DNA of 64,000 bases, from sequence record MK327931.1, one strand, 5' to 3'. Of the stretch, positions 8,892 through 16,871 are shown in pieces. The position numbers and the translations under genes are program-made. The notes below the pieces were generated by a model, which worked only from the letters and a program-made list of their open reading frames with translations, made no database searches and was not told the origin of the DNA. Each line of letters starts with the position of its first letter. Position 1 is the stretch's first letter.

Positions 8892-9156
8892 GAATAGTTT
8901 TAATCAATGCGTCGTGTTTTAAAGCACATTCATTGTAGACTGCATCCCAACGAGTAAGTACTTTAAGAATTTCTGCACCATCATAACCTTTAAAACCATT
9001 TTTGTCAATCATAATTTTTTGTGGTAGAGGTGTATCATCATCACATCTTTCTAACAGAATTTCTTGTTTAATTGGTGCGGGGGATTGTAGTTTTACTTGC
9101 TCGGCACACCCACTTATAATTAAAAAAGAAATCATTGGAACTAATAATTTTTTCAT
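8848..9156 (-). CDS. Rz1: o-spanin (Rz1-like lipoprotein)
   Basis: Signal peptide with ISGC lipobox, conserved Cys, ATGA overlap with upstream i-spanin. Confidence 0.75.
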   Translation of the reverse strand: MKKLLVPMISFLIISGCAEQVKLQSPAPIKQEILLERCDDDTPLPQKIMIDKNGFKGYDGAEILKVLTRWDAVYNECALKHDALIKTIRDLQGKDIKINIKE

Positions 9157-9527
9157 TTGAATTTATTCCTCGCTGCTTGAGAATTTTGTTTTAGTTCATT
9201 CAGTACTTTTACACCATCTTCATCTAAACATACATTCTTATAAACTTCACGTTCTACAATAAAAGGAACCTTTGTTTCAATAACTTTAGCATTATCTTCC
9301 ATGATTTTTTTAGTTTCAAGGTAATTTTTTGCATTTTCTTGTTGCATTTTATCCAAGGCGGTATCAACTTTTTTAGCTATTTGTTGCTCTATGCTTTGTT
9401 GATATCCACTGTAATAAGTATTAGCTTCCCAACCAGCATAAGCTGAACCGCCAATTAATAATACAAAAGAAATTGGTTTCCAAAATGGAATAAGAATTTT
9501 TGAAACAATTATTTCTAACATACTCAT
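9153..9527 (-). CDS. Rz: i-spanin (Rz-like)
   Basis: N-terminal TM, coiled coil, C-terminal VYKNVCLDEDG. Confidence 0.75.
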   Translation of the reverse strand: MSMLEIIVSKILIPFWKPISFVLLIGGSAYAGWEANTYYSGYQQSIEQQIAKKVDTALDKMQQENAKNYLETKKIMEDNAKVIETKVPFIVEREVYKNVCLDEDGVKVLNELKQNSQAARNKFK

Positions 9528-9580
9528 AATAATATCTCCTATAGTTGATGATATTATTTAGAGTATACAATTGTATAGTT

Positions 9581-10000
9581 TTACAACATTTTTTGAATAT
9601 GTTCTACTAGTTCATACAGCTTCGTTTCATTATTCTCGAACTTTTCATCAACTTCAACATTGAATTTTTCTTCTAGTTCCATGACCATTTCAATCCAATC
9701 AAGCCAATCAAAATTGAATTTTTCTTCGACTTCCAATTTAGTAAGATTGAAGTTCGCTGATACCTCATTCTCTGATGTATCACAGTAACGAGTAGTGATG
9801 AATTTGACAATTTCTTTTTCAACATCGTTTAATTCACGAGTTTGATATTCGGGCTGAAGATACCACCATTCTCCCTTATTAATAGATTCCAATTCTTGTT
9901 TGATTTCATGCATTACTTTATAACGGTCAGTACTTTTATCAATAGAATTTACTTCTTGGTTCAATACATGTAGTGCATTTTTAATACGTTCATTTAACAT
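9581..10000 (-). CDS. Acyl-carrier-protein-like protein lacking the Ppant serine
   Basis: FDWLDWIEMVMELEEKFNVEV aligns with ACP helix II (ADSLDTVELVMALEEEF) with S replaced by W. Confidence 0.7.
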   Translation of the reverse strand: MLNERIKNALHVLNQEVNSIDKSTDRYKVMHEIKQELESINKGEWWYLQPEYQTRELNDVEKEIVKFITTRYCDTSENEVSANFNLTKLEVEEKFNFDWLDWIEMVMELEEKFNVEVDEKFENNETKLYELVEHIQKML

Positions 10001-10013
10001 TTTATCACCTTAT

Positions 10014-10041
10014 AAAAAAAGAGAACTCCATATGAAGTTCT
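10014..10041 (-). terminator. Rho-independent terminator
   Basis: GAGAACT-loop-AGTTCTC + T7 on minus strand. Confidence 0.7.
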
Positions 10042-10044
10042 CTG

Positions 10045-10073
10045 ATTATACATAATTACTTTTTCTATGTCAA
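10045..10073 (-). promoter_or_regulatory. Consensus sigma70 promoter
   Basis: Perfect TTGACA-N17-TATAAT. Confidence 0.85.
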
Positions 10074-10074
10074 G

Positions 10075-12864
10075 TTATAAATCACGGAAACGATTTGGTG
10101 TGTTTAAGCGGTACATTGAGTATAATCCCAATCCACGCATAATCTCACCTGCCCAGAAACCAAAAAACATACCATTATCAGTACCTTCTCTAACTGCTGG
10201 ACTCCATGAACCATTCATTGGAGAACCTGGACTTACAATAACATAGTTCTTTTGAAGTTCGAGAACTAAGTTATCAGCGAGTGTTGTTAGACCTTCTATT
10301 TTACATCCAGCCAATCCAGCAGCACAAGCCCCAGCTAACCACAACCCACACATATGACCTGTAAAGTCCCAATCTGGACCTTCAACTGTGCCATCTTTAT
10401 TGAAGATTGTTGGTGAACGACCATCATTATCTTTTTGAAATTGAATTAAAAAGTGAATCCAATTCTCACAAAATTCAACAAGATCTGCTGGTGGTTCAAT
10501 TCCTCTCTCTGCGAGTTCTTGCCATGCTCTGGCAGCCCCAAAGAACGCACGTGGTTCATACCCACTCCATGCTTGATCACCCCAATGTAGCATAGTAAAT
10601 GTATCTGGTTCACCATATTTTAAGTTATCCCAGCGGTTCCAAACATATGCTTGTGCACATGGACCAACAGTACCGAATTGTTGAGTAAACCATGTTTGAG
10701 AATCTTTCATAAAGCTTAACATGTTGCCTAAACGTGTGTTATCAACTGGTTGGTCTTTAAAACAATATATCACAGGATATTGATAACCTGGATACGGTAA
10801 ACCACGCCATCCTGAATACTGGTTCGCATACGGGTCAGTGATGTTAGAAAATGGTATTGTTCCTGGTGTGTAATGCAATGAGTTTAACAAATAATCCTTG
10901 ATTACACAATCCCCTAACTGTGCAGTATATGGTGATTCACCTGCAATTGTTATTGAAAATGTCATAGTATAGTCATCACCGTCAGCATCCGTGTATAATT
11001 CTGGAATGTCATTAATACAATACCAATCAATTATTGCAGCAACACCATCTACTGGGGTTGTATCAGGTAAAATAGTAATATCTTCTAGTTCACTATAAAC
11101 TGGTGCATCTGGTCTTGGGTCAGAACTTGGATGATTTGGCTGATACCCAGATAAACGTAATGTATCGGAACTTAGTGTGATTGTAGTCCATTCCCCGTGT
11201 GTTGCAGGAATCATCCACCACCATCTCCAACCATTATCATCTACAATTCTTATATTGTAATCATCTTCATATGAACGATAGGTAAAAGATTTAACTTCAG
11301 ACTTATTTGTTGCTAATAGCCAAAATCCAATAACAGCACCATCATCTTCACCACAAACTAACTGATTAATGGTATCGCGGCGTGTAACTAATATATCAGT
11401 ACTATATATCATTTCGGACGTAGCTGCACCATAAGGAACAACAATTCTACTATCAGCAATTATATAAGGGGAACCATCTGCTTTCTTTTCTCTAACAAAT
11501 GCACTTAAAGGTGTTAATGAATGTGTGATATTTTGGTCTTTACTTTCCGGTAAGCCACAACGATAACGAACAACATCATGGTCATTTTTTGTTTTTGACA
11601 ATTCCAGTACTGGTTTAAATGATAACGGCTTACCATCATCACATACACCACCATAGTCTACAAGTAATTTAGAATCAGCATTGACCCTGAACCAAATAGC
11701 TTGTTGTTCCATAGTACTTTGTGCACTTTGGTCTTGCCTGATAGTAATATATCCTAGAGAATTTCTACCAAACTTAGCAATAGCATCACTAGGATAAAAA
11801 TATTCATAGGAAATACCATCAGTGAATGGTGTGGTTACAATTGTACTTTGTCTGAAAAATTTATCTCTGGAGTCAATATCACCATAAGCATAACACGTTA
11901 GTAGTGAACATTTCCAACCCAAATAATGTTTTCTTTCTTTTGTTATTTTATATAACAAATAAGAAGCATCACTAAACCATAATTCTGCATCTGATGCGTT
12001 ATCAGCAAATTCCAAATCAATTGGAACATGAAGAGGGCGGTTGTGTTGCATTTCATTTCGTTGAATTATCACACCACCATATTCTACTGGTTGACGATTT
12101 GCAAAATTTAATTTATATACACCATTAATTGTTGTATTCTTTAATTGAACAGTTCCTTTTTCCGATTCGTCAAAACCTTCTGCTAAAATATTACCATCCC
12201 AGTCGATTTTTCTACCCATGAAATCGATAATCCAGTCAACATCATATTGTTCACCTGGTGTATCCCAATCAACACTACCATCTGGTAATAATGCTTTTAC
12301 TGACGCATTTATTTGGTTCCATGCTAAAGCACCTTTGAATGCAAATGTTACTTTATCCAAGAACTGACCATAATAAGGTGCACCATGTGGTATTTTACAT
12401 TGTCCATTTGTAAATGTAAATTCTACACCCTTGAAACCACCATGTGTAGGCCATCCATCATCAGCTAAAGGCCAGTTAGCCAATATAGGTTCTTTGGCAT
12501 TAACTATCCAGTTACATTGTAGTGGTGTAGGTGGATCTGGTAATTCACGTCCAGCATAAAAGTACTGATGATATGCGTCCCAATACCACTTTGCCTTATC
12601 TAAAAACATTGGATCATTTGTTGCCAGATACGCATAAATGTATCCTAAAATTAATAGACTTTGACCTTCTGTTGTCCCGTCACCGTTTGGTTGACCTTCC
12701 ATTGCAGAATAGTTAATAAAATGACGGTTGTTCGCCAAAACACCCTGATTATTCACCACATAATGTTGTACTGTTGGATCTATAGTATCACCAGTATTTC
12801 TTTCAATAAACTTATGATGCCCATAAAGAAGTTGTACTATATTATCAATATTATTGTTTAACAT
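10075..12864 (-). CDS. Large tail-associated protein with putative six-hairpin glycosidase-like fold
   Basis: 929 aa, W/Y/D-rich; DGTTEGQSLLILGY resembles the GH8-type TSEGQ motif; adjacent to tail-fibre-like genes. Confidence 0.55.
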   Translation of the reverse strand: MLNNNIDNIVQLLYGHHKFIERNTGDTIDPTVQHYVVNNQGVLANNRHFINYSAMEGQPNGDGTTEGQSLLILGYIYAYLATNDPMFLDKAKWYWDAYHQYFYAGRELPDPPTPLQCNWIVNAKEPILANWPLADDGWPTHGGFKGVEFTFTNGQCKIPHGAPYYGQFLDKVTFAFKGALAWNQINASVKALLPDGSVDWDTPGEQYDVDWIIDFMGRKIDWDGNILAEGFDESEKGTVQLKNTTINGVYKLNFANRQPVEYGGVIIQRNEMQHNRPLHVPIDLEFADNASDAELWFSDASYLLYKITKERKHYLGWKCSLLTCYAYGDIDSRDKFFRQSTIVTTPFTDGISYEYFYPSDAIAKFGRNSLGYITIRQDQSAQSTMEQQAIWFRVNADSKLLVDYGGVCDDGKPLSFKPVLELSKTKNDHDVVRYRCGLPESKDQNITHSLTPLSAFVREKKADGSPYIIADSRIVVPYGAATSEMIYSTDILVTRRDTINQLVCGEDDGAVIGFWLLATNKSEVKSFTYRSYEDDYNIRIVDDNGWRWWWMIPATHGEWTTITLSSDTLRLSGYQPNHPSSDPRPDAPVYSELEDITILPDTTPVDGVAAIIDWYCINDIPELYTDADGDDYTMTFSITIAGESPYTAQLGDCVIKDYLLNSLHYTPGTIPFSNITDPYANQYSGWRGLPYPGYQYPVIYCFKDQPVDNTRLGNMLSFMKDSQTWFTQQFGTVGPCAQAYVWNRWDNLKYGEPDTFTMLHWGDQAWSGYEPRAFFGAARAWQELAERGIEPPADLVEFCENWIHFLIQFQKDNDGRSPTIFNKDGTVEGPDWDFTGHMCGLWLAGACAAGLAGCKIEGLTTLADNLVLELQKNYVIVSPGSPMNGSWSPAVREGTDNGMFFGFWAGEIMRGLGLYSMYRLNTPNRFRDL

Positions 12865-12865
12865 G

Positions 12866-13493
12866 TCATACTCCTGCTCTAATCAATGCACCGTACCATG
12901 TAACTCCTTTATCGTATGTTTCTAATGAAATAATATCTTTTTCACCAATTTCATAAGAAAGAACAACTGGTCTATTATATGACCATTTAACATTAGATCC
13001 CCAATTAACGAGGTTAGACCCTGTTTGCTGAGTTAATAGGATAGTAATTGAATAAACTTCAGTAGGAGCAGCACCAATAGCAATAGTGGTATTTCTGTCA
13101 GATAAATTAATATTAAAAACTGTATTACCTGATAGGGGATTAATTAAAATATTATTAGAACTCAATACATTATATAATTTGTTACTAGCACTATCATACA
13201 ATGTTACCCATTCTGTTTCATGATTCTCATTAGTAGCTTTAGCTTTTATTTTTACATTATTTTCGGAAGAAGTCATTCCAGTCCAGCCAGAAATAATAAA
13301 AGAACTGTTTTTATTTGTTCCAAATGATGCAATTACTGAATCACTAAGAGAACTATCTTCACCGTCAATAGATCCGAGTACTGACAATGTTAAAACCATC
13401 ATTTTTAATGTCTACACCAGTTGCACCTGAAAAATTATTTTGAAATTTAATAACTCCGGTAGTGTGGATATCTGTGAAAATTTGTTGTGCCAT
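12866..13493 (-). pseudogene. Tail-fibre-associated protein split by a +1 frameshift (ORFs 13365-13565 and 12866-13402)
   Basis: Removing one base at about 13376 joins MAQQIFTD...DGFNIVST to GSIDGEDSSL...; span 628 nt = 3n+1. May be a sequencing error. Confidence 0.6.
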
Positions 13494-13570
13494 ACTTAAT
13501 CCTTGCGTTAATTTATATTGAGTATTTATTGAGTATAATGGCATTTTTAGTACCATTATACTCATGTATG

Positions 13571-14803
13571 TTACTTATACCATTGCATTTCTCTGATATC
13601 AATGATAATTTTTGATGCTAATTTAATGTTTGGTTTTTTGGGAAGTACTGATTTCTTATATAGAACATCACGAATGTATTGTACTTTATCATCGAAATAT
13701 TCTAATACTTCTTCATACTTCCACTTACCATTACGAATATCCATCAACATTTGTGCATCAGGTCGTTTAACTTGAATAATTCCACTCTGTAAAGCTTCTT
13801 CTGCACTATTCAAAAGTCTAATTGTGTGCATAGCATGTTTACAATCGTATCCGTGTTGTGATTCTAAAACAGCACGTTTGGCATTACGATTTTCTTTCCA
13901 TTTATGATAACTTTTCCTATTCTCACTATTCTCCTGATATTCTTTTTCGTTAAATTTTACAATTAGTTCTGGTTTGGTTTTCAACTCTTCAGTACTACGT
14001 TCTTTTGAAAAATAACGCAATGAACCATCATGGTTAATAGTGCTTTCATTAGGATTCTTAACAATCGCAAAAATGTTTTCTCCGTAATGAATTAGTTCAT
14101 AACCATTATTAAAATTCAATAAATTGAAATCACGATCAAGAATTTTTTCAGTAGTGTAGTTATGCACTAATCTTACGAAATGATATTGCTTTAATGGATT
14201 TTTCGAAACTAACTGCAATGATGTATCACGCATATATTTTTCAAAATCAATCTTTTTAGCATTAAATGGATGTAAGTTGGATGTATCTAAACGTTCAACA
14301 AGATACTGTGGGAATGAATCATACATCCACGCAAGAACCTCATCGACAGGGTGTTCTTCTAAAATCTCATTTAATCGTTTTTCAGCAATACGCTCTTTAT
14401 CCATCCAACCGTGATGATTTGTCATACGCTTAATCTGATTATATGCATATCCAGTGTATGAAAATGCAATCTTGGAACTAAGAAGTTTTTGGTTAAATGA
14501 ACGAAGATAGTCATAAATTTCAGTACTTTCCACAATGTGTTCAGGTTCAACCCAAAGTGATTCAAGAATATTAGGGTTAGCTTCAGTGTATAATTTTAAA
14601 TACTGATTCAACTCATAGAATTTAGTATCTTCTTCGCTTTTGTCAGCTACCTCTTTGACCTTATAGAAGGGTGTAAGAATAAATTCTTTATTAGCAAGAA
14701 AAATACCACGATAATCAGTATCACTTTCCGGTGTACTGGTTCCGTAGGCTTGTGACCCAGCCAAGTGTTTCACTATTGTTTGTTCAATATATTGGTTATT
14801 CAT
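13571..14803 (-). CDS. Nucleotidyltransferase (Pol-beta superfamily, phage/RlaP-like)
   Basis: GSQAYGTSTPESDTDYRG, NPNILESLW, GYDCKHAMHTIRLL. Confidence 0.85.
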   Translation of the reverse strand: MNNQYIEQTIVKHLAGSQAYGTSTPESDTDYRGIFLANKEFILTPFYKVKEVADKSEEDTKFYELNQYLKLYTEANPNILESLWVEPEHIVESTEIYDYLRSFNQKLLSSKIAFSYTGYAYNQIKRMTNHHGWMDKERIAEKRLNEILEEHPVDEVLAWMYDSFPQYLVERLDTSNLHPFNAKKIDFEKYMRDTSLQLVSKNPLKQYHFVRLVHNYTTEKILDRDFNLLNFNNGYELIHYGENIFAIVKNPNESTINHDGSLRYFSKERSTEELKTKPELIVKFNEKEYQENSENRKSYHKWKENRNAKRAVLESQHGYDCKHAMHTIRLLNSAEEALQSGIIQVKRPDAQMLMDIRNGKWKYEEVLEYFDDKVQYIRDVLYKKSVLPKKPNIKLASKIIIDIREMQWYK

Positions 14804-15201
14804 AGATAAATTGTTAACTCCTTTAAGAAACCATTATAATAACGATTAAAGTCATGTTCTAATGTTTTATAATCATCAAAACTAAAACCTAAATTGATAA
14901 TTGTATCTTCTTGAAAGAAAGTTTCTTCATTCATACATTCAATAGGTTCGTAATTAATTCCACCTTTGAAAACTTTTGTAAAAAACATTCCATCATTATT
15001 AATTTCAACATACATAAAATTATTTTCTGGGTCACGAGGACAGACGATATTCAGTGAACTATTTCCACTTGTATTGTACTCATAAGAAATTATATCAAAA
15101 GAATCAATACCATAACACTTAGATTTTTCTTTATCGCCAAATACTTTTCTATCTGTACTCATATTGCGTATAGTGCTATAGATATCATCAACTGTAGTCA
15201 T
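14800..15201 (-). CDS. Hypothetical protein
   Basis: C-terminal MNEETFFQ motif shared with 54656, 55342, 62223. Confidence 0.65.
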   Translation of the reverse strand: MTTVDDIYSTIRNMSTDRKVFGDKEKSKCYGIDSFDIISYEYNTSGNSSLNIVCPRDPENNFMYVEINNDGMFFTKVFKGGINYEPIECMNEETFFQEDTIINLGFSFDDYKTLEHDFNRYYNGFLKELTIYL

Positions 15202-15203
15202 AG

Positions 15204-15713
15204 TTAACCACCATACTTTGACTTGTATGTTTCAAGTGATAAAGATATACGATTTTGCTTTTTAATTCTTTCATCAATATCCTTTGAATTCTTCACACTT
15301 CGGTATACGTCAGCTAATAAATTATAATCTTCTTTATTTGAGCTATGCTGTGTCCAACCTATGTCTGTTTTAATACGAACATTTGCTTTATTTGACGAGT
15401 AAAAGAAACTGAAACCATTTGACCCATCAAAAATATCAAAAGTATCTACCCAATCACCATAAGGAAAACTCATCGGGACTGACTCGTGGTCGATTGTGAT
15501 ATCCGATAAATTTTTTGAACAGTACTTCGCAAAGTGATAAACAATTGGATCACATTTAGATAATTCATATTTGTATTCAATGATAGTTTTTCTATTAGCA
15601 TCATTGATAGCATATTCTTTCATCAATGGGCTTTTTTTGATGATAAGAGTCCACAGAAACGATTCTAATCCGGTTTCATCAACTTTTTGTTTCTTTTTGA
15701 AAAATGAAATCAT
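15204..15713 (-). CDS. Hypothetical protein, tandem paralog 1
   Basis: KSPLMKEY..NDANRKTIIEYKYELSK. Confidence 0.7.
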   Translation of the reverse strand: MISFFKKKQKVDETGLESFLWTLIIKKSPLMKEYAINDANRKTIIEYKYELSKCDPIVYHFAKYCSKNLSDITIDHESVPMSFPYGDWVDTFDIFDGSNGFSFFYSSNKANVRIKTDIGWTQHSSNKEDYNLLADVYRSVKNSKDIDERIKKQNRISLSLETYKSKYGG

Positions 15714-16231
15714 TTATATAAACCCTTAATTTTCTGTCTATTATGTATATCATTTTGCTGGATTTTCAATTTAGTAAGGTTGTTTCTTACACCTTCAACT
15801 CCACGCATTATTTGTAACATAATTAGTGATTCGTCATATGTTAGTACATTGCTATTATTATCGATATATACTTTCACTCCACTTTCAAGATAATCATTTT
15901 CTTTGGAGTTAAAGTTTCTAATAGCAAACTTAACGCCATTTGATGTATCACTGAAAACATATCGTTCCGCACCGTAGAATGTTTTTCCACGAAATAAACC
16001 GCCGTCTTCCCACTTCCAACGACTAGATTCATAATCATTAACGTAATCAATGATTAAAGAAAGTAAAGGGTGTTTGCTCAATTTATATTTTGCATCTAAC
16101 AGGATACGTCTATCATTATCTGTGGTGATAATATCCTTTAGTGAGTAGCTTTTAGATATAATTTTAAAGATAATTTCATGCCAAATTAAAGTACTGTTTT
16201 GTTTTCCAACTGATCCAAAAAACATATCCAT
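15710..16231 (-). CDS. Hypothetical protein, tandem paralog 2
   Basis: KSYSLKDI..TDNDRRILLDAKYKLSK. Confidence 0.7.
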   Translation of the reverse strand: MDMFFGSVGKQNSTLIWHEIIFKIISKSYSLKDIITTDNDRRILLDAKYKLSKHPLLSLIIDYVNDYESSRWKWEDGGLFRGKTFYGAERYVFSDTSNGVKFAIRNFNSKENDYLESGVKVYIDNNSNVLTYDESLIMLQIMRGVEGVRNNLTKLKIQQNDIHNRQKIKGLYK

Positions 16232-16237
16232 TCCTCA

Positions 16238-16804
16238 TTAGTATAAATCAGTAATGTCTTTGTATGCATTAATCTGTTTTTGTTGTAATGAAAGTTCATT
16301 GAGTTTAGTTACCATTTTATCTACACCAACACGTGTATAGAAAATAATAAATGAATCTAAATTGCCTAGAGTAATTCTTGAACTGAAATTTGAAAGTTTT
16401 CTTGCATAAACATAAATTTCTTCTTCACTTGGTAAACGTTTCTCAATCGGCCAGCTTTCCACACCATTCGGCTCATAATCGATTTCAAATTCAACTCCCA
16501 TCACTGTGTCTTGAATGAGATCCGTATATGAACCACCGTAAAAATACTCTCTTGGTTTGGCTCTCCAACGAGGACTAAATGGGTCAGATGCGTATTCTTT
16601 TACAAATTTGTAAAAGGACATTTTACTGAGCATATACTTCATCTCAATTAGTGCTTTGCGGTCATCATCAGTTTTAAACTCTGCTTTGAGCGATGGACTT
16701 TTACACAGTAACTTAACTAAATTGATGTACATCTTTAATGTACGTTGTTCTTTCATTTCTTTGATTTTGTGACGTTTTGGTGGCGGTAATAAAGATTTGA
16801 CCAT
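16238..16804 (-). CDS. Hypothetical protein, tandem paralog 3
   Basis: KSPSLKAE..TDDDRKALIEMKYMLSK. Confidence 0.7.
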   Translation of the reverse strand: MVKSLLPPPKRHKIKEMKEQRTLKMYINLVKLLCKSPSLKAEFKTDDDRKALIEMKYMLSKMSFYKFVKEYASDPFSPRWRAKPREYFYGGSYTDLIQDTVMGVEFEIDYEPNGVESWPIEKRLPSEEEIYVYARKLSNFSSRITLGNLDSFIIFYTRVGVDKMVTKLNELSLQQKQINAYKDITDLY

Positions 16805-16826
16805 AATTTCCTCCTATTTTTATTCA

Positions 16827-16855
16827 ATTATACACATAAAAGAAAAGCCCGTCAA
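16827..16855 (-). promoter_or_regulatory. sigma70-like promoter overlapping a terminator hairpin
   Basis: TTGACG-N17-TATAAT; the -35 lies inside the AAAGCTCGTC/GACGGGCTTT hairpin. Confidence 0.75.
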
Positions 16856-16871
16856 TAGACGAGCTTTAAAT

